Program-made: the position numbers and the translations under genes
Origin: Balanoglossus misakiensis
Taxonomy: Eukaryota > Animalia > Hemichordata
NCBI GenBank assembly: GCA_040954595.2
Contig: JBECUI020000037.1
Coordinates: 62,001-126,000 of the forward strand
Length of the DNA: 64,000 bases
Direction of reading: 5' to 3'
Part shown: in pieces, positions 11,309 to 23,628 of the stretch
Layout of the letters: each line of letters opens with the position of its first letter
Numbering within the stretch: position 1 is the stretch's first letter
The notes under the pieces: model-generated
Told to the model about the DNA's origin: nothing
Database searches by the model: none
Seen by the model: only the letters and a program-made list of their open reading frames with translations

Positions 11309-14300
11309 CTACTGTACCGTTATAATAAACTGCACAATCGGGTTTTCTGGGGTACTAAAATCGGCATTTGTTGTTTGTATCCTTATGGTATATTCGCCAG
11401 CATCAGTACCACTATTGACATTCAAGGTCGTTCCGTCGGTAATGTTGAACTTATCGTTGTCAATTGTAGAATCGGGCGGCAGACTGTACTGCGAATTTAC
11501 TAGTTGTCCTGCAAGGACGTTATTCTGTGCAGTAATGGTTAATGGCATGCCTACCGAGATGGTTGCCTGCGGTAATGTAATATACCATGGACCAAGATTT
11601 TGACTAAAGTCGGTTGCACCGAGGAATATGTGATCCATAGCAGTTACCTGAGATAGGTCCCAGCTACTCAGGTCCGATTGAATATAATCGCTTGATAGAA
11701 CATCAAACTCATATCGGTTACATTTTCTGTGTTCCAGTTACTCAAGTCTTGATTGAATGCAGGTGCATACGCAAACATCCCGGACATACTGGTTACTTGA
11801 GAGACTTTCCCAGTTGCTGATATTACCATTAAAGTTAGACGCTTGATAGAACATTGAATTCATATTTGTTACTGTTTCTGTGTTCCAGTTGCTGATATCT
11901 CCATTGAAGGCGGATGCCTGTTGAAACATCGAACCCATATCGGTTACTTGGGAGGTGTTCCAGTTGCTGATATCTCCATTGAAGGCGGATGCCTGATAGA
12001 ACATCGAATTCATATTTATTACTTTTTCTGTATTCCAGTTACCGATATTCCCATTAAAGGCGGATGCCTGTTGAAACATCGAACCCATATCGGTTACTTT
12101 TTCTGTATTCCAACCGCTGATATTACCATTAAAGGCGTATGCCTGATAGAACATGAAACTCATATCGGTTACCTGAGAAGTGTCCCAGGTGTTCAAGTTC
12201 TGATTGAAGAATGTTGCACTATAGAACATCGAATTCATATTTATTACTTTTTCTGTGTTCCAACCGCCGATATTACCATTAAAAACGTATGCCTGATAGA
12301 ACATCAAACTCATATCGGTTACCTGGGAAGTGTTCCAGTTGCTGATATCTCCATTGAAGATAGATGCCTGATAGAACATCAAACTCATATCGGTTACCTG
12401 GGAAGTGTCCCAGTTGTTCAAGTTCTGATCAAAGGAGGTTGCACCATTCAACATCGAATTCATATTTGTTACTTTTTCTGTGTTCCAACCGCTGATATCT
12501 CTATTGAAGGTAGATGCCTGATAGAACATCAAACTCATATCGGTTACCTGGGAAGTGTCCCAGTTGTTCAAGTCCTGGTCAAAGGCACTTGCAAATGCAA
12601 ACATTGCATTCATGTCCCTTACCCGGGAAGTCTTCCAGTTGTTCAAACTCTGATTGAAGGTGCTTGCAAAGGAGAACATTGCACGCATGCTGGTTACTAT
12701 TTCTGTGTTCCAGTTGCCGATATCTCCATTAAAGGAGGAGGCTCTACTGAACATCGCATTCATATCTCTTACCTCTGAGAGATCAGGAATGTCGGTTGCT
12801 GCCATAGTCATGTTGCTTGCATTGGCAAATGCCGAATTCATACTAATCCATTTTGCTGTTCCCCACTGATCAATGGACTTCAGCCGTGCTGCTATTTCTT
12901 CTGTCGCATTTCCCAGCTGTATCTGCTGAAAACTATCCGTTATCCTGACTGTATATTCTCCTGCTTCTGCATAGTCATGGCTTGCCGTACCAGACACTAC
13001 TTCCACTGCTCCATCACCCCATGATATCTCATAGGTTGCCGTGTTACTTCCTGCTGGAATCTCCACTGTTTGATTCGGTTCTGTTGTTTCCCACCTTGTT
13101 ATAAACAGCGATGAGCTGGTATTCTCAACTGTTATGGCAGCAGCTTCCGCCACTGTTTCCAATTCATTGCCTGTATAGTCAATAATGTTCCCAGTATCGT
13201 CATTGGTATACCAGATTGTTATCACTTCTTCAGGATTCACTTCTCGTGACAGGGTCAAGATAATTTCATTTGAATCTACTTGTGTTGCGACTGTGTCGAC
13301 ACTCAGTGCTTCTGTACTGCTGCTTGCAATGCCGAAATTGCTACCCAGTGCATCCCCCTTGACAAGTTCGGAAAAGCGAAGCATAATCTGTTTTCCCACT
13401 GTTTTGGTTCTTCCATTTGTAATCGTTGGGGCTTGGGTATCGGCTTCTCCTTCTATAATCAGAATGACCGATGCTGAAAAGTCAGCATCGGCAACAGAAA
13501 TCGCACGTATTGTTACTGTTCCTGCGGTAAGTGCGGTTACCTGGACACTGCCATCGTTATTATCTGAAATTTCTGCTCTTGCCGGATTATCGTTTGTCCA
13601 TCTTATTGATTGTACTATATTTATACCGCTGACGGTTGCCTGGAGGGTCTGTGTCTCTGTGCTTTGCATTGTCTGACTGTAGGGTGCTATCACTACTTCG
13701 GTAACACCGTTACTCAAAAATTCTTTTGCTTCCGTCCATATGGAAGTTAATAGTCGTTCTGCAGTATTTTCAGACCTGATGCGTATCTGGTAAGGTGTAG
13801 CACTTGCTAGGTTGGTCAGGGTAAGCTGTGTGTCTGCTATTTCCACTGTTGGTGCATTGTTCCAGTCTTCTTCGCTCGGTGTGAGCAGACTGGGAAAATA
13901 ACGAATAACATAGAGGGTTGGTACAATGTTTCCTTCCGCATCTAATCCTGCTTCTACTGCGCTCCAGTTGACCGTAAGAGTCTTAATGGTGGTTTTGCTT
14001 TGGTCTTTGACTATTGTCAAGGGATCAACTGCTCCGGGGGCTTTGCCGGCTGCCAGTTCGGTGGTAATTGATATTTTGCTTGTGTCACTCGTACTACTGG
14101 CAGGGGCTCCTGCTTCTGATCGTATCACAATAAAATATGTTGTTGCCGGTTCCAGCAGGGTTCTGTCTTTTAATTGAGTTATCTGTACTTCATAAGGTGC
14201 AGGGGAAGAAGGATCTATCGTGTGCACAAGATTTTCTTGCACTGCAATATCCGAGGCAGTCTCGTCTACCGATATGTAGACATAATAACGAGTAGGTAGG

Positions 14301-15127
14301 GTATATCCCTGAGCATTTCTGCCGGGTGATACTGCATTCCATCTCAGCATGATTGTCCTTGCGCCGACTGATGAAATCGGCGTGGCAGTGCCAACATTCA
14401 CTGATGATGATGGTGCTGTTACTACTAGCTCAGTCGGTTCTATCGGTGAGCTACGTTGTGTTCCTGCTTCGTCTAACTGGGTAATAATTGCTACCCGATA
14501 GGACTGATCAGCATTCAAATCTGGTATGGTATGACTAATAAGACCGGATGCATCAGGAGTAAGGTCTGCTGCAGGTATGGTTTGTGAGGTTCCCTGTCCT
14601 GATTCATCTGTTAGTCGAATGATATAGGAATGCACTGAACTGCCTACAGGATTTGCCTGTTGCCATTGGAGAGTAATGCTGTCGGGCTGAGTTTCTGTTA
14701 CTTCTATGCTTGATACGGCAGCACCCAGAATGCCAGTTTCCAGAGGAGGTGAGGATACTACAGTCGAGGAAGCAGTGCCAAGCATTGTCTGAATTTCTAC
14801 AGTGTAGCTGGTAGCTGCAACAAGGGCCCCCGTGGCAAAGGTGTATCCCAGACCCAATTCGGTGGAAATAATAGCCGGATCGTCAGCAGGTATGTTCGTT
14901 TCTCTTATTTTGGCATCGTTGTCAGTGGTCTTAAGAATGATATTATATGTATCAGGGGGTGGTGTCGGGGGGCTCCATGTTATATAGATGTTGACATCAG
15001 CAACAAATCGCACAGCGAGGTTACTAATCGGGGAAATTTGTACACTGGTGGTTCCAGTACTCCCACAAGAGAAGCTAAACAGAGCAACAAAAAGCACCAC
15101 TGATTTCACTAAGATTTTGGCAAACAT
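11309..15127 (-). CDS. DUF285 surface lipoprotein L3 (16 repeats); frameshifts near 11650-11810 as assembled
   Basis: ORFs 11738..15127 (MFAKILVKSVVLFVALFSFSC) and 11309..11638 (ends FIITVQ). Repeat motifs continue through the gap in shifted frames. Confidence 0.88.
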
Positions 15128-15299
15128 AAACCCTCCATAAGAGAAATATATATTCTATATATATACACAATATATAGAAAAGTCAAGAATTTTCTTTACA
15201 AGTGTTTTTTTAAAAGCAATAGCAGTTGTGATGTTGAAGACACAGATTGTTTTATCATTTCCACATCCACGTCCCCCCTGCTCATTCAGGAGGTGGAAA

Positions 15300-18200
15300 C
15301 TACTGCACTGTGATAATAAACTCCACAATTGGATTCTGCGGCGTACTAAAATCAGCATTTGTTGTTTGTATCCTTATGGTATATTCGCCAGCATCAGTAC
15401 CACTATTGACATTCAAGGTCGTTCCGTCGGTAATGTTGAACTTAGCGTTGTCAGTTGTAGCATCGGTCGGAAGACTGTACTGTGGATTTTCCAGCTGTCC
15501 TGCAAGGATGATGTTCTGTGCTGCAATGGTCAGTGGAGTGTCTACCAAGATGGTCGTCTGCGGTAATGTAATATACCATGGACCGAGATCTTGATTGAAT
15601 GCACTTGCACCGGAGAACATGTCACTCATATCCGTTACTAGGGAGACGTTCCAGTTGTTTAAGTCCTGATTAAATGAGGATGCAGATGAGAACATTCTGC
15701 TCATATTTCTTACCGCAGCGGTATCCCAGTTGCTCAAGTCCTGATTGAACATGCTTGCCGCTAAGAACATGGAATCCATATTGGTAACCTTGGAGGTGTC
15801 CCAGCGACCGATATTTCTATTGAAGGCACTTGCTTGGGCAAACATGGAACTCATATTTCTTACCGCGATGGTGTTCCAGTTGCTGATATCTGCATTAAAG
15901 GCAGATGCAGAGTGGAACATGGAACTCATATCTCTTACCGCGATGGTGTTCCAGTTGCTGATATCTGCATTAAAGGCAGATGCAGAGTGGAACATGGAAC
16001 TCATATCTCTTACCGCGATGGTGTTCCAGTTGCTGATATTTCCATTAAAGGCAGATGCAGAGTGGAACATGGAACTCATATTGCTTACCGCGATGGTGTT
16101 CCAGTTGCTGATATTTCCATTAAAGGCAGATGCAGAGTGGAACATGGAACTCATATTCCTTACCGCGATGGTATTCCAGTTGCTGATATTTCCATTAAAG
16201 GCAGATGCAGAGTGGAACATGGAACTCATATTGCTTACCGCGGAGGTGTCCCAGTTGTTGATATCTGTATTAAAGGCAGATGCAGAGTGGAACATGGAAC
16301 TCATATTGCTTACCGCGATGGTGTTCCAGTTGCTGATATCTGTATTAAAGGCAGATGCAGAGTGGAACATGGAACTCATATTGCTTACCGCGATGGTATT
16401 CCAGTTGCTGATATTTCCATTAAAGGCAGATGCAGAGTGGAACATGGCATACATATCCGTTGCTTTTTCTATGTTCCAGCTATTCAAGTCTCGATTGAAG
16501 GAAGTTGCTTCTCTGAACATCTCACTCATATCGATTGCCTGAGAGGTATCCCAGTTATTCAAGTCCTGATCAAAGGCGGTTGCCCCATAGAACATGGCAC
16601 TCATATCAGTTACCTTGGAGGTGTTCCAGTTTTTGATATCTCCATTAAAGGAGGATGCAGAGGCGAATATCCGACGCATATCGGTTACTTGGGATGTATC
16701 CCAGTTACTCAAGTTCTGATTGAAGGAGCTTGCCTCATAGAACATCCCATACATATCGGTTACCCGAGAGGTATTCCAGTCGCCGATATCTCCATTGAAG
16801 GAGCTTGTCCCTCTGAACATTGAATTCATATTGGTTACCTGAGAGGTGTTCCAGTTGTCGATATCTCCATTAAAGGCGGTTGCTCCATAGAACATTCCAC
16901 TCATATCTTCTACTCCTGAGAGATCAGGAATGTCGGTTGCTGCCATAGTCATGTTGCTCGCTCCGAAAAATGCGGCTTCCATACTAATCCAGCTTGCTGT
17001 TCCCCACTGATCAATAGACTTCAGACGAGCGACTATTACTCCTGTTGTATCCGCCAATCGTATCCGCTGAAAACTATTGCTTATCTTGACTGTATATTCC
17101 CCTGCTACTGCATAGACATGGCTTGCCGTACCAGAAATAACTTCCACTGTTCCATCGCCCCAAGATATCTCATAGCTTGCAGTATTGCCGTCCACTGGGA
17201 TCGTTACTTCTTGGTTTGCTGCTGTTGTCTCCCATCGTGTTATAAATAACGATGAGCCGGTATTCTCTATTGTTATGGCATCTGTTTCAGCCACTGTTGT
17301 CAATTCATTGCCGGCATTGTCCATAATATTCCCAAATTCGTCATTGATATACCAGATTGTTATTACTTCATTGGGAGCAACTTCTCGTGATAGGGTCAGA
17401 AGAATTTCGTTTGAATCTACTTGTGTTGCGACTGTGTCGACACTCAGTGCTTCTGTACTGCTGCTTGCAATGCCGAAATTATTGCCCTGTGCATCCCCTT
17501 GACACTTCAGAAAAGCGAAGAATGATCTTTCTTCCCACTGTTTCTGTTCTGCCATCTGTGATTGTTGGGGCTTGAAGATCGGATATTTATCAGATCGGCG
17601 GTTGCGAAAAATTCGGCATCGGCACAGACGTCGCTTGTATGGTTACTGGTCCTAGAGCCCGTGCAGTTACCAAGGCACTGCCATCGTTATTATGCTCTAT
17701 TCCTGCTATTGCAGGATCATTGCTTGTCCAACTTATTGATGGTATTATGTTTATACCGCTAACGGTTGCTTGGAGGATGTGTGTATCTCCGATTGATATT
17801 GTCTGACTGTAGGGCGCTATCTCTATTCCGGTAACACCGTTACTTGAAAACTCTTTTGCTTCCGTCCATATAGAGGTTAATGTTCGATCCGCGGTATTTT
17901 CAGACCGAATTTGTATCTGGTACTGCACTGCACCTTCCAGATTGGTCAGGGTATGTTGTCTGTCTTCCGTTTCTACAGTTGGTGCGCTGTTCCAGGTCTC
18001 TTCGCTCGGTGTGGGTGTGCTGGGAGGTAACGAATGACATAGAGGGTTGGTACACTGTTCCCATCCGTATCTAATCCTGCTTCTCCTGCATCCCAGCTTA
18101 GTGTCAGAGTCTTGATAGTTTTGTCAACTTCATCTTGACTATTGTCAAAGGATCAACTGGTCCGGGTGCGCTACTTGCTACTTGGTCAGTGCTTATCGCT

Positions 18201-19256
18201 GTCTTGCTGGTGTAACTCGTACTACTAGTGGTTCCCGCATCTACTGCTTCAGATTGTACAACAATGAAATATGTTGTTGCAGGCGCCAACGGAGTGTCGT
18301 CTTTTAATTGTCTTATCTGCACTTCATAGGGCTCGGGGGAAGAAGCAGGGAATGAGTGTACAAGATTCCCAGGTACTGCGATATCCAAGACAGTTCCATC
18401 TACTAACGATATGTAGACAGAGTAGCGGGTAGGAAGGGTATACCCTGGTCGTTTCTTCCAGGCGATACTGCATCCCATCTCAGTATAAATTTCTCTCGCA
18501 GTAACTGATGAAGTCAGTGTTGCAGTGCCGACATTCACTGATGATGGTGGTGCTGTTGCTACCGGGGTAGCCGGTTCTATTGGTGTACTGAGGTCGTTTC
18601 CTGCTTCGTCTAACTGGGTAATAATTTCCACCCGATAGGACTGATCGACATTAGATTTGGTACGGTATAACGAATAAGGCCGGATGCATCGGGAGTGAGG
18701 TCTGCTACCGGTATGGTATATGGAGTTTCTTGCCCTGATTCATCTGTGAGACGAATGATATAGGAATGCACTGAACGGCCTACAGGATCTGCCTGTTGCC
18801 ATTGGAGAGTAATGCTGTCGGGTTGAGTATCTGTTACTTCTATGTTTGATACGGCAGAACCGAGAATGCCGGTTTTAGCGGAAGTGAGGATACGACGATC
18901 GAGTAGGTACTGCCAAGCATTGTCCGGACTTCTATGGAGTAGGTGGTAGCTGGATCAAGGGGAACAGTGGTAAGGATGTATGACAGACCGGATTCGACGG
19001 AAATAATAGCCGGATCGTCAGCAGGTATGTTCTTTTCGCTTATTGTGGCGTCATTGGCCTTAAGGATGATATTATATGTATCAGGTGCGAGTGTGGGGGG
19101 GCTCCATGTTATATGGATACTGTCCTCCGCAACAAATCGAGCAGCAAGGTTGCTAATCGGGGGACTCAGCACACTGCTGGTGCCGGTACTGTCACAAGAA
19201 ACACTAAACAGAGCAACAAAAAGCACCACTGATTTCACTAAGATTTTGGCAAACAT
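15300..19256 (-). CDS. DUF285 surface lipoprotein L4 (18 repeats); frameshifted as assembled
   Basis: Fragments 18840..19268 (lipobox FSVSC), 18104..18631, 17590..17928 and 15300..17555 are collinear with L1 and L3. Confidence 0.85.
15840..16445 (-). repeat. About 8 near-identical 75-bp coding repeats (WNTIAVxxMSSMFHSASAFN) in L4
   Basis: GGCAGATGCAGAGTGGAACATGG recurs every 75 bp. Confidence 0.9.
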
Positions 19257-19426
19257 AAGATCCTCCAAAAGAGCTGCATATTCTCTCTATATATATAACA
19301 TAATATATAGAACAGTCAATGGTCGATTTTCAAGTATCTTTCAACAACAATGGCAGATGTACGTGTGCTTCTTATAAAAGTGTTTGTCATACAGCTTCAT
19401 GCTCGAGCATGTTATCGTTTTGTGTG

Positions 19427-19540
19427 TACTTAAAATTATACTTAAAATTATACTTAAAATTTATGTATAAGCCCCGCCATCCACAACCCCACTTAATCAA
19501 GGGGTGGTATCAATAATTACCACAAAAAGTGGCTGTTTTC
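19427..19540. repeat. Solo, right-truncated copy of the 153-bp element with three ACTTAAAATT direct repeats
   Basis: ACTTAAAATTAT twice plus ACTTAAAATTT, then the core at 19478. Confidence 0.88.
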
Positions 19541-19550
19541 CAGAATATCT

Positions 19551-22500
19551 CTACTGCACTGTGATAATAAATTCCACAATAGGGTTCGTTGGCCAACTGA
19601 AATCGGCACCTCTTGTTTGTATCTTTATGGTATATTCGCCAGCATCAGTACCACTATTGACATTCAAGGTCGTTCCGTCGGTAATGTTGAACTTATTGTT
19701 GTTAGTTGTAACATCTGTCGGCAGACATACTGCGGATGTACCAAATGTCCTGCAAGGACATTGTTCTGTGTTGCAATAGTCAGTGAAGTGCCTCTCGAAA
19801 TGGGTGTCTGCGGTAATGTAATATACCATGGACCGAGGTCCTGACTAAAGGCGGACGCCCCACTAAACATATTACTCATATCGGTTACTTTTGATATGTC
19901 CCAGCGACTCAAATCTGATTGAAGGAGGATGCACCAAAAAACATATCACTCATATCGGTTACTTCTGAGGTGTTCCAGTTGCTGATATCACCATTAAAGG
20001 CACGCGCATTGTAGAACATGCGACTCATATTGGTTACCTGGGAGGTCTTCCAGTTGCCGATGTTTCCATTAAAGATGCTTGTATTGTAGAACATGCGATT
20101 CATATTGGTTACTTCTGAGGTGTCCCAACTGCTGATGTCTCCATTAAAGGCAAGTGCAGAGTCAAACATGGAATTCATGGTAGTTACTTTTGATGTATTC
20201 CAGTTGCTCAAGTTCTGATGAAATGAAGCTGCATAGTAGAACATGGAATTCATATTGGTTACCGCGATGGTGTTCCAGTTGCTGATATCAGCATTAAAGG
20301 CACGTGCATTGTAGAACATGTGACTCATATTGCTTACCGCGATGGTGTTCCAGTTGCTGATGTCTCTATTAAAGACGGTTGCATTGTGGAACATGCTACT
20401 CATATCAGTTACCTGAGAGGTCTTCCAAGTGCTGATATCCCCATTAAAGTTAATTGTATTGGAAAACATGTAACTCATATTGGTTACCTGGGCGGTGTCC
20501 CAAGTACTGACATCTCCATTGAAGGCACGTGCATTATAAAACATGTAACTCATATTGGTTACCTGAGAGGTGTTCCAATCTCTCAAGTCTTGATTGAAGG
20601 CGGCTGCAGTGTCAAACATCTCACTCATATTGGTTACCTGAGAGGTGTTCCAGTTGCTGATATCACCATTAAAGATGGTTGCATTGTAGAACATCCTCTG
20701 CATACTTTCTACCTCTGAAAGATCAGGAATGTCGGTTGCTGCCATAGTCATGTTATGCGCGTTGGAAAACGCCGACTCCATACTGGTCCAGCTTGCTGTT
20801 CCCCACTGATCAATAGACTTCAGGCGTGCTGCTATTGCTCCAGTTGTATCCGCCAATCGTATCCGCTGAAAACTATTGGCTATCTTGACTGTATATTCTC
20901 CTGCTACTGCATAGCGATGGCTTGCCGTACCAGAAATAACTTCCACTGTTCCATCGCCCCAAGATATCTCATAGCTTGCAGTATTGCCGTCCACTGGGAT
21001 CGTTACTTCTTGGTTTGCTGCTGTTGTCTCCCATCGTGTTATAAATAACGATGAGCCGGTATTTCTCTATTGTTATGGCATCTGCTTCAGCCACTGTTTC
21101 CAATTCATTGCCGGCATTGTCAATAATATTCCCAAATTCGTCATTGATATACCAGATTGTTATTACTTCATTGGGAGCAACTTCTCGTGATAGGGTCAGA
21201 AGAATTTCGTTTGAATCTACTTGTGTTGCGACTGTGTCGACACTCAGTGGCTTCTGTACTGCTGCTTGCAATGCCGAAATTATTGCCCTGTGCATCACCC
21301 TTGACAACTTCAGAAAAGCGAAGAATGATCTTTCTTCCCACTGTTTCTGTTCTGCCATCTGTGATTGTTGGGGCTTGAAGATCGGATATTATCAGATCGG
21401 CGGTTGCAAAAATTCGGCATCGGCAACAGACGTCGCTTGTATGGTTACTGGTCCTAGAGCCCGTGCAGTTACCAAGGCACTGCCATCGTTATTATGCTCT
21501 ATTCCTGCTATTGCAGGATTATTGCTTGTCCAACTTATTGATGGTATTATGTTTATACCGCTAACGGTTGCTTGGAGGATGTGTGTATCTCCGATTGATA
21601 TTGTCTGACTGTAGGGCGCTATCTCTATTCCGGTAACACCGTTACTTGAAAACTCTTTTGCTTCCGTCCATATAGAGGTTAATGTTCGATCCGCGGTATT
21701 TTCAGACCGAATTTGTATCTGGTACTGCACTGCACCTTCCAGATTGGTCAGGGTATGTTGTCTGTCTTCCGTTTCTATAGTTGGTGCGCTGTTCCAGGTC
21801 TCTTCGCTCGGTGTGGGGGTGCTGGGGAGGTAACGAATGACATAGAGGGTTGGTACACTGTTCCCATCCGTATCTAATCCTGCTTCTCCTGCATCCCAGC
21901 TTAGTGTCAGAGTCTTGATAGTTTTGTCAACTTCATCTTTGACTATTGTCAAAGGATCAACTGGTCCGGGTGCGCTACTTGCTACTTGATCAGTGCTTAT
22001 TGCTGTTATGCTTGTGTAACTCGTACTACTGGTGCTATCGCCATCGACTGCGTCTGATTGTATAAGAATGAAATATGTTGTTTCCGGTTCCAGCAGAGTT
22101 CCGTCTGCTAATTGAGTTATCTGCACTTCATAGGGTTCAGGGGAAGAAGGGGGGGACGTGTGCACATGATTTCCTTGCACTGCAATATCCGAGGCAGTTC
22201 CATCTACTAACGATATGTAGACAGAGTAGCGGGTAGGAAGGGTATACCCCTGGTCGTTTCTTCCAGGCGATACTGCATCCCATCTCAGTATAATTTCTCT
22301 CGCAGTAACTGATGAAGTCAGTGTTGGAGTGCCGACATTCACTGATGATGGTGGCGCTGTCGCTACCGGGGTAGCCGGTTCTATTGGTGTACTGAGGTCG
22401 GTTCCTACTTCGTCTAACTGGGTAATAATTTCCACCCGATAGAACTGATCGACATTTAGATTTGGTACGGTATAACGAATAAGGCCGGATGCATCGGGAG

Positions 22501-23062
22501 TGAGGTCTGCTACCGGTATGGTATATGGAGTTTCTTGCCCTGATTCATCTATGAGACGAATGATATAGGAATGCACTGAACGGCCTACAGGATCTGCCTG
22601 TTGCCATTGGAGAGTAATGCTGTCGGGTTGAGTATCTGTTACTTCTATGTTTGATACGGCAGAACCGAGAATGCCGGTTTTCAGAGGAGGGGACGATACT
22701 ATTGGCAAATAGTTGTCGCCAACCATTGCCTGTACTTCTACAGAGTAGCTGGTAGATGCAATAAGGCTGTCCGTGATAAAGGTGTATCCCAGACCCGTTT
22801 CGGTAGAAATAATAGCCGGATCATTAGCTGGTATGTCCAGTTCCAGTGGCGGGACAACATTATCAGCAGTCTTAAGAATAATCTTATATGTATCCGGTGG
22901 GGGTGTCGGGGGGCTCCATGTTATATGGATACCATCATCTGCAACAAATCGAGCAGCAAGGTTGCTAATCGAGGAGGGTTGCATAGTACCAGCATCCCCA
23001 CAAGAGAAACTAAAAAAAACCGTAAAAAGAATTAATGTTCCTGCTAAGAACTTAGTAGACAT
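19551..23062 (-). CDS. DUF285 surface lipoprotein L5 (12 repeats); frameshifted as assembled
   Basis: Fragments 21392..23074 ([21 protein letters not shown]), 20969..21358, 19909..20994, 19664..19912 and 19551..19829. Confidence 0.85.
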
Positions 23063-23232
23063 AAGATCCTCCAAAAGAGCTGCATATTCTCTCTATATAT
23101 ATAACATAATATATAGAACAGTCAATGGTCGATTTTCAAGTATCTTTCAACAACAATGGCAGATGTACGTGTGCTTCTTATAAAAGTGTTTGTCATACAG
23201 CTTCATGCACGAGCATGTTATCGTTTTGTGTA

Positions 23233-23337
23233 TACTTAAAATTATACTTAAAATTTAGTATGAGCCCCGCCATCCACAGCCCCCACCCATCAGGGGCGGT
23301 ATCAATAATTACCACAAAAAGTGGCTGTTTGCTTGAG
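23233..23337. repeat. Solo copy of the 153-bp element in the divergent intergenic region
   Basis: TACTTAAAATTATACTTAAAATTTAGTATGAG, then the core CATCCACAGCCCCCACCCATCAGGGGCGG at 23271. Confidence 0.9.
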
Positions 23338-23523
23338 GTTTATCCATACCTTTTATAAAAAAATCTTTTTTTCTTAAAAAAGTGCAAAAAAATTGAGCAG
23401 CATGCAAGAATATTTTCACTAACATTACCCGGAGTGAATCTCCAAAATAAGACATATTGAGGCAGCTTTTCTCTATAATATCACATTTGCACCTCTCAAA
23501 AAACTCCTCTTAATGAGTTTTTA

Positions 23524-23544
23524 GGGGGGGGGGGGGGGGGGGGG
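23524..23544 (+). repeat. Poly-G tract (G21)
   Basis: Counted directly; ends 21 bp upstream of the -35 box at 23566. Confidence 0.9.
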
Positions 23545-23565
23545 CTTCGACTTTTACGATTTTAC

Positions 23566-23594
23566 TTGACTTTTTTGCTGTTTTTTACTATACT
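23566..23594 (+). promoter_or_regulatory. Sigma70-type promoter of the ~2680-aa lipoprotein
   Basis: TTGACT-17 bp-TATACT; RBS GGAGG at 23619, ATG at 23629. Confidence 0.75.
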
Positions 23595-23628
23595 ATCTAT
23601 ATACTTTCTTTTACGCTTGGAGGTTGCG

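Noticed and set aside
15745-16823. Plus-strand repetitive ORFs (also 3101..3535, 7196..7822, 11921..12778, 20320..20718)
   Set aside because: Antisense shadows of the 75-bp DUF285 repeats; no independent support.
17560-17640. Programmed frameshift shared by L4 and L5 (compare 21370-21430)
   Set aside because: The indels fall at different bases in the two near-identical copies, which fits consensus errors better than a conserved recoding site.
2653-23062. Diversity-generating retroelement acting on the lipoproteins
   Set aside because: No reverse transcriptase, and no TR/VR pair differing only at adenines was seen.
2500-23340. Integron cassette array with attC sites
   Set aside because: No RYYYAAC...GTTRRRY bounded palindrome was found, the genes have their own promoters, and there is no intI in the window.
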